Assembly: GCA_031431875.1 (NCBI GenBank)
Contig: JANPEF010000125.1
Coordinates: 1 to 22,569 of the forward strand
DNA length: 22,569 nt
Reading direction: 5' to 3'
DNA from: Candidatus Eiseniibacteriota bacterium
GTDB taxonomy: Bacteria > Eisenbacteria > RBG-16-71-46 > DASYSL01
Shown: one piece after another, positions 7,639 through 15,458 of the stretch
Position numbering within the stretch: the first letter of the stretch is position 1
Layout of the letters: every line of letters starts with the position of its first letter
Made by a program: the position numbers and the translations under genes
Notes under the pieces: model-generated
Seen by the model: the letters and a program-made list of their open reading frames with translations, nothing else
What the model was told of the DNA's origin: nothing
Database searches by the model: none

Positions 7639-8708
7639 CGAGGAAAGCCCTAGGGCGAGGACTCGGCGCCCTCATCCCCGGCGCGCCCACGCCGCACGAT
7701 GCGGCCGACGCGGCCGACGCGGCCGCGGAGGCGCGCGGAGCGGCGGCGCTTGCAGCAACACCGGCTCCAGAGGCACCTCCGGCGGCGCCCCCGGAGGCAC
7801 CCCCGTGGTCTCCAGCAACGCACAGCACGGCAGTCACTTATGCGCCAACCGCAAGCTCTCCCGCGGCCGTGGCCGCCGCTGACTTCGAGCCTGGCGTGGT
7901 CGAGATTCCGCTGGACCGCATCGATCCCAACCCCAAGCAGCCCCGGCTCGAGTTCAACGTCGAGGCGCTGTCCGAACTTGCCGAATCGATCCGCGTCCAA
8001 GGTGTCCTCCAACCGGTGCTGGTGCGTCCCGCCGGCGATCGCTTCCAGCTCGTGGCCGGCGAGCGTCGCTTCCGCGCTTCGCAGAAGCTCGGCCGCGCGA
8101 CGATCCCCGCAATCGTCCGCCCGATCGAAGACGACGAACTCCTCGAGGTCGCGCTGATCGAAAACCTGCAGCGCGAGGATCTCAACGCGATCGAAGAAGC
8201 GCTCGGCTACCAGCGCCTGATCGATGAGTTGCAGTACTCGCACGACAAGATGAGCCAGCGCGTCGGCAAGAGCCGTTCGGCAATCACCAATGCGCTTCGC
8301 CTGCTCGCACTTCCCTCGTCCGTCCAGGTGATGGTTTCACGTGAAACACTCACCGCCGGTCATGCACGTGCACTGCTCGCGCTGCAGTCGGGCGCGGAGA
8401 TCGAAGCGAATGCACGCTACGTCGCCGACATGGGTCTCTCGGTACGCAAGACCGAAGCGCTCATCGCGCGGAAGCTGCGCCGCAAGAGCACGCCGCGGCG
8501 TCTGCGCGGAACTGGAGAAGGCCCGCAAGGTGCTGTGGATGCGGTTTCTAGCAACTACGCGGAGTGGACGACCGTGCTTCGTCGACGGCTCGCAACGCAG
8601 GTACGCCTCGTGCCGGCGCCGACGGGCGAGCGCGGCCAGATTGAAATCGAGTACTACGGTGAGACCGACCTCGAGCGCCTGCTCGAACTCCTGGGGGTGA
8701 TGGAATGA
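7635..8708 (+). CDS. parB: Chromosome partitioning protein ParB/Spo0J
   Basis: N-terminal '[12 protein letters not shown]' ParA-activating peptide, 'NPKQPR', 'GVLQPVLVR', CTP-binding 'AGERRFRA', 'ENLQREDL', HTH '[15 protein letters not shown]', 'GHARALL'; ATGA overlap with parA. Confidence 0.97.
   Translation: MTRKALGRGLGALIPGAPTPHDAADAADAAAEARGAAALAATPAPEAPPAAPPEAPPWSPATHSTAVTYAPTASSPAAVAAADFEPGVVEIPLDRIDPNPKQPRLEFNVEALSELAESIRVQGVLQPVLVRPAGDRFQLVAGERRFRASQKLGRATIPAIVRPIEDDELLEVALIENLQREDLNAIEEALGYQRLIDELQYSHDKMSQRVGKSRSAITNALRLLALPSSVQVMVSRETLTAGHARALLALQSGAEIEANARYVADMGLSVRKTEALIARKLRRKSTPRRLRGTGEGPQGAVDAVSSNYAEWTTVLRRRLATQVRLVPAPTGERGQIEIEYYGETDLERLLELLGVME
8333..8348. promoter_or_regulatory. 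parS: parS site 3, inside the parB coding sequence
   Basis: GGTTTCACGTGAAACA (15/16), read as V-S-R-E-T in ParB. Confidence 0.88.
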
Positions 8709-9238
8709 GCCCGGAAGCCAAGACCGGAAGTGGACGCGGGCGCTCGCTCGCCCATCGTGTCGCAGCACGGGCGCTGGGGCTCGATTCCGCCGAAGCGGAT
8801 GGGGGCGAGTCGCGCAACGTCCTGAAGAATCCGTTTGCGCGGGACCGAGACGGCGAAGAGGAAGGGGACATCGTTCCCAACTGCCATATCGGGGTGGGAT
8901 CGAATTTCCGCGGGACCCTGATGATCGAGGGCACCCTGTTGGTGGACGGCGACTTCGACGGGGACATCCTCAACTGCGACCGCATCATCGTCGGGCCGTA
9001 CGGACACGTGCAGGCCGATGTTCATGTGCGCGAAGCGATTGTGGCGGGCGTCTTCGACGGCGGGATCCAGGCGGAGGAACGCGTCTTCCTGCTGAGCGGG
9101 GCGCGCGTGAAGGGAGACCTCACCTCGAGCTCGATCGTGATCGAGGACGGCGTGCGCTTCTCCGGTCGCTGCACCATGCTCGACGAGAGCGCGCCCACCA
9201 GCCCGCCTGAAGTCGGCAATCGGCGTGGCAACTCATAG
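8705..9238 (+). CDS. Bactofilin (polymer-forming cytoskeletal protein, CcmA family)
   Basis: 'IGVGSNFRGTLMIEGTLLVDGDFDGDI...IIVGPYGHVQADV....AIVAG.FDG.I.A.ERV.L..GARVKGDL.S.SIVIEDGVRFSGRCTM' beta-helix pattern; ATGA overlap with parB. Confidence 0.9.
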   Translation: MSPEAKTGSGRGRSLAHRVAARALGLDSAEADGGESRNVLKNPFARDRDGEEEGDIVPNCHIGVGSNFRGTLMIEGTLLVDGDFDGDILNCDRIIVGPYGHVQADVHVREAIVAGVFDGGIQAEERVFLLSGARVKGDLTSSSIVIEDGVRFSGRCTMLDESAPTSPPEVGNRRGNS

Positions 9239-9445
9239 GGGCGAGCGGTGTTGCACTCTGGCGCGATTCGGCGGTGGATAACGGAAGCCGCCGGATCTCT
9301 GGCCTAAGCAACGTGAATACAATCGATTAGAACTGCCCCGCAGGCCTCCTGACACCATTGCGCACATCCGTCCACAGGTCTCGTTCCCTGTCTCGACCCG
9401 CCTGGGATCCAAACACCTCACTCCATAAGAAAGAGCACCGAACGA

Positions 9446-9514
9446 GTGTCAAGAACCCTTGACACGTCTAGATATGTCCACTATCTTTGACATCACGTAA
9501 AGCAACGCTGTCAC
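9446..9514. promoter_or_regulatory. Palindromic operator array overlapping a sigma70 promoter
   Basis: GTGTCAAG-AACC-CTTGACAC (9446-9465, perfect 8-4-8), ATGTCCAC-TATC-TTTGACAT (9474-9493), and a weaker copy at 9495-9514; TTGACA (9459)-N17-TATCTT (9482). Confidence 0.75.
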
Positions 9515-9535
9515 CTCGAAACTCGTGGAGGCCCG

Positions 9536-9970
9536 GTGAATCCTTCATTCGAAGAAAAAAGCGTTTGGATTCAGCTGCTCGGCATGACCGTCGGGCTGGG
9601 CACCTACTTCGTAGTCGCCGCCTGGATGCTGGTACAGGGCATCACCGTCCTCGGCGCCTACATCCCCCTGTTCATCGCGGCCGTCGTGCTCCTCGTCGTC
9701 GTTCTGATCGCCGGCTACCTGGTTGCCGCGATCACCAGCCGACCCAGCCGACCCGAGCCCCGGGACGAACGCGATCGGCTGATCGAGTGGCGGGCAGAGA
9801 GTCACGCCTCGTGGATCCTGGGAGCCGGCGCCTTCACTGCGATCGTCGGGCTGGTCGCAGGCGTCGGCGACGTCTGGATCGCGCACTTGCTCATGCACTC
9901 GCTGATGCTGTCCCAGGTGGCAAAGCTCGGCCTCCAGCTCCTCTACTACCGCCGGGGGATGGGATCGTGA
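9536..9970 (+). CDS. Four-TM membrane protein (DUF2178-like) paired with an XRE regulator
   Basis: 'MNPSFEEKSVW', four hydrophobic helices, 'DERDRLIEWRA' motif, C-terminal 'YYRRG'; GGAGG RBS. Confidence 0.8.
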   Translation: MNPSFEEKSVWIQLLGMTVGLGTYFVVAAWMLVQGITVLGAYIPLFIAAVVLLVVVLIAGYLVAAITSRPSRPEPRDERDRLIEWRAESHASWILGAGAFTAIVGLVAGVGDVWIAHLLMHSLMLSQVAKLGLQLLYYRRGMGS

Positions 9971-10191
9971 ATCCGCCAAAGATGAAGATCCTCAACCAGA
10001 TCCGGGTCTTGCGCTTTCACCAGGCGGAGATGACGCAGCAGGAGCTCGCCGACCGGATTGGCGTCTCCCGGCAGACGGTGAACGCGATCGAAGGCGGGAA
10101 GTACTCGCCCTCGTTGGCGGTGGCGTTCGAGATCGCGCGCGTCTTCGGGCAGCCGCTCGAAGCGGTATTCCAGTACTCGGAAGAGGGCTAG
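9967..10191 (+). CDS. XRE/Cro-family helix-turn-helix transcriptional regulator
   Basis: 'NQIRVLRF...MTQQELADRIGVSRQTVNAIEGGKYSPSLAVAFEIARVFG.PLE.VFQY'; start GTG 9967 (alternative ATG 9982). Confidence 0.92.
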   Translation: MNPPKMKILNQIRVLRFHQAEMTQQELADRIGVSRQTVNAIEGGKYSPSLAVAFEIARVFGQPLEAVFQYSEEG

Positions 10192-10514
10192 CCCCGGCTG
10201 ATGGCCGACAGGTCCATCTCGGTCCAACCGTTGTTCTCCCAGCGGAACAGGCTCTCGCGATGGGTCTTTTCCACCGGATCGAGGATATAGTCGTACTGCA
10301 CTCCCGCCCCGGACCGACCCGAGTAGATCGGCTTCTTCTCGAGCACCAACGGTCGGGTCAGCCGCTCCAGTTTCATCGGGCCGGTCGGCCCGTCGAAGAC
10401 CAGAGTCTCGCGCACCGCCTTGTCCCTGGGGTCAGGATCGCTGGTCGTGTGCTCGGTCACCGTGAACTTGCGATGGATCTGGCCGACCATTGCGGACCAT
10501 TTCTCGTCGTTCAT
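10188..10514 (-). CDS. Hypothetical protein (108 aa)
   Basis: ATG 10514 with GGAGG RBS; normal globular composition ('MNDEKWSAMVGQIHRKF...FDGPTGPMKLERLTRPLVLEKK...WTEMDL'); the rest of the 626-aa ORF is an antisense shadow. Confidence 0.75.
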   Translation of the reverse strand: MNDEKWSAMVGQIHRKFTVTEHTTSDPDPRDKAVRETLVFDGPTGPMKLERLTRPLVLEKKPIYSGRSGAGVQYDYILDPVEKTHRESLFRWENNGWTEMDLSAISRG

Positions 10515-10584
10515 TGCACCCCCTCCAAAAATCGCCAAGCCCAAACCGCACGCGAACTTGTCGGTCGGACCAACCAGCCTTTCC

Positions 10585-10613
10585 TTGACCCGTCGGGCTG
10601 CCCTTTCCATAAT
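10585..10613 (+). promoter_or_regulatory. Putative sigma70 promoter for the DUF885 gene
   Basis: TTGACC-N17-CATAAT. Confidence 0.6.
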
Positions 10614-10706
10614 CCGGGCGACCCGTCGAGGCCGCCCCCTCGTCCCCCGGACCGGAGCATCGTGCTCCCAGCCGGACGCGGCTTCGCTCCCGGACCGAGG
10701 ATATCC

Positions 10707-12362
10707 ATGCACGGACTGCCGACCAACTCTTCCCTTGCCGCGCTCACCCAGGAATTCCTGGACCACCTGGTCACCACCGACCCGGTGTACGGCACGGTCC
10801 TCGGCCATCACGACCACGATCACCTGCTGCCGGCGCACGACAAGAAGAGCCGCGATCGCGCGGTCGGCGGATTCATGTCCCTGCAGGAACGCCTCGAAGG
10901 CATCGCCGAGGACGGGCTCGACGCGGCTGACCGTCTCGACCTGCGCGTGCTCGTGCACGGCGCGAAGGGTGCGCTGTTCGAGCTCGAGGACGAGCGCCCC
11001 TGGCAGTACGACCCGAACTTCTACATCCGCCAGGCCGGTGAGGGCGTCTCGACGCTGCTCAAGCGCGAGTTCGCGCCCGCCGCGCCGCGCTTCGAGAACG
11101 CGATCCGCCGCATCGAGCAGTTCCCTGCATACTTCGAGCAGGCCGAGCACAACCTCGTGCGCATGCCCAAGCCGCACGTGCTGGTCGGGCTGTTGCAGGT
11201 CGACGGCCTGTCGCAGTTCCTCGAGGACTCGTTCCTCAGCCAGGTCGATGCGCAGGCGCCCAAGCTCGCCGAGCGGGCGCGCAAGGCGGTCGACGAGGCG
11301 ACGACGGCGCTCGTGCGCTTCGAGAAGTTCCTCAAGCAGGCCGCGCACAAGCCGGGCGGCGACTGGCGTCTGGGCGACGAACTGTACGGCGAGAAACTCG
11401 CGCTCGCCACCGGCGGCGACATGACGCCCGCCAAGCTCATGGACTGGGCGAAGGGCATGCTCAAGCAGCAGCGCGCGCGGATGGACGAAGTGGCGAAGGC
11501 GATGGGTGCGAAGGACATCAAGGACGCGCTGTCGCGCCTCGAAGCCGACAAGCCGGGCCGCGAGGACTTCCTGCCCGAGTGCACGAAGTTCTGCGCCGAA
11601 CTCGACACGTTCCTGCGCGCCAACGACCTGGTGTCGATGCCGACCGACAGCCCGCTCAAGATCGAGCTCACGCCCGAGTTCGCGCGCGGCGTGCCGGGCG
11701 CATCGTGCGATCCCCCGGGCGTGCTCGAATCCCACCTGCCGACGTTCTTCTACATCACCCCGATCCCCGAGAGCTGGACGGCCGAGCAGACCGACGACTA
11801 CCTGCGCGAGTACAACACGTGGCAGCTGCGCATCCTGTCGATCCACGAAGCGCTGCCCGGGCACTACGTGCAGCTGTGGCATGCCAACAAGAGCGGTCGC
11901 CTGGTGCCGAACATGCTGTGGAACGGCGCGTTCGCCGAGGGTTGGGCGGTCTACTCCGAGCAGCTCATGCTCGAGGCCGGCATCAACTCGGACCTGCGTC
12001 ACGAGCTGGGACAGCTCAAGTTCTGGCAGCGCGCGGTGCTCAACACGATGATCGACGTCGGCCTGCACGCCCAGGACATGACCGAGGACGAGGCGCTGCG
12101 CCTGCTACTCGAAGAAGGCTTCCAGACCAAGAAGGTCGCCGAGGAGAAGATCAAGCGCGCGCAGGTGTCGTCGGTGCAGCTCTCGACGTACTTCGTGGGC
12201 TGGCAGCAGATCGTCCGCCTGCGCGACGAGCAGAAGGCGGCCAAGGGCGACGCGTTCAACCTGCGCGAGTTCAACGATGCGTTGCTCGCGCACGGCACAC
12301 CGCCGCTGCCGTTCGTGCGCGAACTCTTCTTCGAGGTCGAAGCGGGCGAGCCCCGCGGTTAA
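10707..12362 (+). CDS. DUF885 family protein (metallopeptidase-like)
   Basis: ATG 10707 after GAGG; 'P..GT.LG.HD.D..LP', 'SIHEALPGHYVQ', 'F.EGWAVYSE', 'QLSTYFVG', 'FNLREFNDALL.HG.PP'. Confidence 0.9.
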   Translation: MHGLPTNSSLAALTQEFLDHLVTTDPVYGTVLGHHDHDHLLPAHDKKSRDRAVGGFMSLQERLEGIAEDGLDAADRLDLRVLVHGAKGALFELEDERPWQYDPNFYIRQAGEGVSTLLKREFAPAAPRFENAIRRIEQFPAYFEQAEHNLVRMPKPHVLVGLLQVDGLSQFLEDSFLSQVDAQAPKLAERARKAVDEATTALVRFEKFLKQAAHKPGGDWRLGDELYGEKLALATGGDMTPAKLMDWAKGMLKQQRARMDEVAKAMGAKDIKDALSRLEADKPGREDFLPECTKFCAELDTFLRANDLVSMPTDSPLKIELTPEFARGVPGASCDPPGVLESHLPTFFYITPIPESWTAEQTDDYLREYNTWQLRILSIHEALPGHYVQLWHANKSGRLVPNMLWNGAFAEGWAVYSEQLMLEAGINSDLRHELGQLKFWQRAVLNTMIDVGLHAQDMTEDEALRLLLEEGFQTKKVAEEKIKRAQVSSVQLSTYFVGWQQIVRLRDEQKAAKGDAFNLREFNDALLAHGTPPLPFVRELFFEVEAGEPRG

Positions 12363-12381
12363 GCGTGCCAGGGGAGGGCCC

Positions 12382-13053
12382 ATGCGCCTGAACCACGAGC
12401 GTCTCTCCGAGATCGTCGCCGCGACGATCGATGCGCTGGCGCGTCGCAGCCGCTTGCTCGTGCTGGGCGCGTGCGCGCTGGTGCTCGCCGCGTCGTGGTG
12501 GGGCGCCCAGCGCTTCGCCGACCGACTGCTGACGCAGATTCCATCGCACACCGGCCCCGAATCACCGACCCCGCTGACCGCCGAAGAGATGCAGGACCAG
12601 GTGCGCCAGGCGCAGGAACTCAACGCGAAGATCCGCGAACAGCGCGAGGTCGCGCGCGCCTACTCGCTCGGCGAGACCGGCGACCGCATCGTCGGCACCG
12701 GCGCCGACCTCGACAGCGCGTTCGCACCGATCGACTGGGACAAGCCCGGCGTCACGGCGCAGGGCGCAGGGCGCCCGATCGACGACGTGGTCGACGTTCC
12801 CGCCACGCCGCTGTTCGCTCCGCGCGCCGAACGCTCGGCGCTGGCCCGCGAATCAGGCGCGAGCGGCACTGTGATCGTGCGCGCGCACGTCGACGCGTCC
12901 GGGCGCGTACTCGACACGACCCTCGAACGCTCGATCCCGCTGCTCAACGGGGCGGCCGTCGACGCGGTGCGACGCATTCGCTTCCGCCCCGCCGAGCGCG
13001 CCGGACTTCCGGTCGACTCGTGGGTGGCGGTGCCGGTGACGTTTGCGAACTGA
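12382..13053 (+). CDS. TonB-like energy transducer (N-terminal TM anchor, C-terminal TonB_C domain)
   Basis: TM 'LLVLGACALVLAASWW'; C-terminal 'ARESGASGTVIVRAHVDASGRV......SIPLLNGAAVDAVRRIRFRPA..AG.PV.SWV.VPVTF'. Confidence 0.8.
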   Translation: MRLNHERLSEIVAATIDALARRSRLLVLGACALVLAASWWGAQRFADRLLTQIPSHTGPESPTPLTAEEMQDQVRQAQELNAKIREQREVARAYSLGETGDRIVGTGADLDSAFAPIDWDKPGVTAQGAGRPIDDVVDVPATPLFAPRAERSALARESGASGTVIVRAHVDASGRVLDTTLERSIPLLNGAAVDAVRRIRFRPAERAGLPVDSWVAVPVTFAN

Positions 13054-13075
13054 CCACCGACCCTCGCGGCGCACG

Positions 13076-13549
13076 ATGCCCGCCGCGCAGGCCTGGCTCG
13101 GACTCGTCGCGTGGCTGCTTCTTCCACTGGCTGCGGGAGCCCTCGGCTCGCAGTTCATGCCGGGAGCGTGGTACGCGTCCCTCGCCAAGCCGTCGTGGAA
13201 TCCACCCAGCTTCGTCTTCGCCCCCGTGTGGACGACCCTCTATATCCTCATGGGCGTGGCAGCGTGGCTTGTGTGGCGACGGGCCGGCTTCCGTGGCGCA
13301 CGACTTCCGCTCGTCCTCTTCATCGTGCAACTCGGACTCAACGCGCTGTGGACGTTCCTGTTCTTCGGGCGGTTCCGGCCCGACCTGGCGTTCCTCGACA
13401 TCGTGGCGTTGTGGCTCATGATCCTCGTCGTGACGGTACTATTCTGGCGACACGATCGCCGGGCGGGAGCGTTGCTGCTGCCCTACATCGCCTGGGTCGG
13501 CTTTGCCGCCGTCCTCAACTTCACGCTCTGGCGGATGAACGCCGGCTGA
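13076..13549 (+). CDS. tspO: TspO/MBR tryptophan-rich sensory protein
   Basis: 'WYASLAKPSWNPPSFVFAPVWTTLYILMG', 'QLGLNALWTFLFFG', 'LLLPYIAWVGFAAVLN'; the start could instead be TTG 13043. Confidence 0.92.
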   Translation: MPAAQAWLGLVAWLLLPLAAGALGSQFMPGAWYASLAKPSWNPPSFVFAPVWTTLYILMGVAAWLVWRRAGFRGARLPLVLFIVQLGLNALWTFLFFGRFRPDLAFLDIVALWLMILVVTVLFWRHDRRAGALLLPYIAWVGFAAVLNFTLWRMNAG

Positions 13550-13588
13550 GTCGGCCGGAACTGCGTGCGGGCATGAACGGCAGCGAAG

Positions 13589-13623
13589 CGAGCCGGTCCG
13601 GTCGCTGTGACCCGGTCGGCTCG
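13589..13623. terminator. Imperfect GC-rich hairpin between convergent tspO and hicB-like genes
   Basis: Arms CGAGCCGGTCCGGTCGC and GTGACCCGGTCGGCTCG pair with G-U wobbles; no U-tract. Confidence 0.35.
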
Positions 13624-13652
13624 TTGGTCGCAATCGACACGGTGAACACGCG

Positions 13653-13865
13653 CTAGGCAACCACCTCGACGTAGGCCGAAGACGTGCTCGGCGCCGGAAC
13701 TCGACCGCCCTCCGCGCGGATACCCTCAAGATGGAACACGATCGCGCGCTGCATCTCCTTGACGACTCCCGTGCGCGTCCGCCCGGTCGCCACACACCCA
13801 CCCAGATCCGGCGAGTACGCCGAGTAACCGGTTTTCGTCTTTTCGACGACAACGAGATACTTCAC
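13653..13865 (-). CDS. HicB-family antitoxin-like protein (short, no DNA-binding domain)
   Basis: 'KYLVVVEKTKTGYSAYSPDLGGCVATGRT......MQRAI.FHLEG....G..VP.P'; AGGAGG RBS, GTG start. Confidence 0.85.
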   Translation of the reverse strand: MKYLVVVEKTKTGYSAYSPDLGGCVATGRTRTGVVKEMQRAIVFHLEGIRAEGGRVPAPSTSSAYVEVVA

Positions 13866-13877
13866 AGGTCGATCCTC

Positions 13878-14297
13878 CTACTCGCTCTTCATCGGCACGA
13901 ACACGATCTCGACCGACTCGCCCGGGTTGTGCATCCGGATGCGGAATCGATCGGCCGTCAGCTCGAGCACGTCGACCGGATAGGTGATCCCCTCCTCGGT
14001 CATCGTCAACCCGCTGTCGGTGCGTGCCCATGCGCCGATGAGCGGCTGGTTGCCCGTCGAGGTGATCTCGAGCCGGCCATCGGAGTAGAACGTATAGTGC
14101 GCGCCGGGCTGGATCTGCGGCGACGACGCGACCTGCCATGTGCGATCGACGAACGTGGGCTCGGCGGCGGGCGCCGCGGGCGTCGGCGACGTGCTCGTGG
14201 CGGCGGGAGGGGCCTCGGCGGCGGGCTGCGGTGCACAGCCGCTGAACATGAACACGAGCGCCGCGAACGGCAGTGCGACTCCGATGCGATGCTTCAT
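13878..14297 (-). CDS. Putative lipoprotein, hypothetical
   Basis: Signal peptide with lipobox 'LVFMFSGC', Ala/Pro/Thr linker, then a small beta-rich domain ('FVDRTWQV...YTFYSDGRL..TS....G.W'); AGGAG RBS. Confidence 0.75.
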   Translation of the reverse strand: MKHRIGVALPFAALVFMFSGCAPQPAAEAPPAATSTSPTPAAPAAEPTFVDRTWQVASSPQIQPGAHYTFYSDGRLEITSTGNQPLIGAWARTDSGLTMTEEGITYPVDVLELTADRFRIRMHNPGESVEIVFVPMKSE

Positions 14298-14725
14298 GCG
14301 TGCTCTCCTTGCGCGCCTTCGGCGCGCGTCATCGGGCCGATCAGGTCCCACTTGTTGCCGTACAGATCCACGAACACCGCGACCGTACCGTACGCCTCGT
14401 GACGCGGGCCCTCCACGAAGCACACGCCGGCCGCCGATAGTCGTGCGAAGTCCGCCGTGAAGTCATCCGTCTCGACGAACAGGAACACCCGTCCGCCGGT
14501 CTGGTCACCGATGCGGGAAGCCTGTGCTTCGTTGGCGGCACGCGCGAGAAGCATTGTAGCACCCGCGCCGGTTCCCGCCGGCGCGATCAGGACCCAGCGC
14601 TTGCCGCCCGCGCCCGGCAGCGGCGTGTCCTCCACCAGCCCGAAGCCGAGCACGCCCACGTACCAGGCGATCGCCTCGTCGTAGTCGCGCACGACGAGCG
14701 CGATGGAACGGAGCGCACGGATCAC
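14294..14725 (-). CDS. VOC family protein
   Basis: 'IALVVRDYDEAIAWY..VLGF.LVEDT...KRWV', 'GDQTGGRVFLF..TDDF', 'PR.EAYGTVAVF.DLYGNKWDLI'; GTG start overlaps the upstream TGA. Confidence 0.92.
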   Translation of the reverse strand: MIRALRSIALVVRDYDEAIAWYVGVLGFGLVEDTPLPGAGGKRWVLIAPAGTGAGATMLLARAANEAQASRIGDQTGGRVFLFVETDDFTADFARLSAAGVCFVEGPRHEAYGTVAVFVDLYGNKWDLIGPMTRAEGAQGEHA

Positions 14726-15375
14726 TTCGGATAGTCCGCGATGCCAGCGCCGAGACGGATGTCGCGGCGCACGCGCCACGTCCCGTCGGAGTCGCGCGTG
14801 GGCGTGGCGGTGCCGATGCCGCCGCGACCGTGCTCGTGGTCCGCGCGCTGCTCGGCGGTGAGGAACGCATCGTCGGTGAACACGATGTCATCGATCCAGT
14901 ACGTGCAGCGCCCGGGCTCGAGCACGTGCATGTGGATGTGCTGCGGGATGTCGCTGTCGGGATAGCTCGCCGGCCGGATCGTGGTGAACGCGTAGCGCCC
15001 CGCGGCATCGGTCTTCGCCCAGCCGCGCAGCTTGCCGTGGCGATACGCCGACGTGCCCTTGAAGCGCTCGTCGTGCGGATAGATGCCCTTCGCATTCGTC
15101 TGGTAACCGTAGACCACAATGCCGGAGGCAGGCTTTCCAACCCGATCAAGCACGATGCCGTCGACGCGCAGGGCAACGCCGGGTTCGCCGGCCTGAGCGA
15201 TGCGCGCGCTCGCGCCGAGGCCCGCGAGCTTCGGCATGCCGATGAACACGGCGTCGCAGCCCTCGCACAGACCGCCGACGACAGGCTCGCGCGCGGCGGC
15301 CGGCGGAGCGCACGAGACGACGAGAAGCGTGAGCAGCAGCAGTGTCGCGACAGCGCTAAATCGGGACATGGCCAT
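14722..15375 (-). CDS. Exported intradiol ring-cleavage dioxygenase-like protein
   Basis: GGAGG RBS; signal/lipobox 'LLLTLLVVSC'; 'CEGC'; 'EPG..L...G.V', 'YQTNAKGIY', 'HGKLRGW.KTD..G.Y.F.TIRPASYP', 'PQHIH'. Confidence 0.85.
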   Translation of the reverse strand: MAMSRFSAVATLLLLTLLVVSCAPPAAAREPVVGGLCEGCDAVFIGMPKLAGLGASARIAQAGEPGVALRVDGIVLDRVGKPASGIVVYGYQTNAKGIYPHDERFKGTSAYRHGKLRGWAKTDAAGRYAFTTIRPASYPDSDIPQHIHMHVLEPGRCTYWIDDIVFTDDAFLTAEQRADHEHGRGGIGTATPTRDSDGTWRVRRDIRLGAGIADYPK

Positions 15376-15458
15376 GCGGCCTCCTCTTCGGGAGTTCGAG
15401 CCGTTCCGGGGCGCGCCGAGTGTGGCGCACGCCGGGGCCGCGCGATGTGCAGAATCGA

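Noticed and set aside
7690..7880. GCGGCCGAC tandem repeats and Ala/Pro-rich stretch in parB
   Set aside because: Low-complexity linker between the ParA-binding peptide and the CTPase domain; not a CRISPR array or mobile repeat.
9273..9281. DnaA-box-like TTATCCACC (minus strand), suggesting oriC after the bactofilin gene
   Set aside because: A single 8/9 match with no box cluster or clear AT-rich unwinding element; not enough to call oriC.
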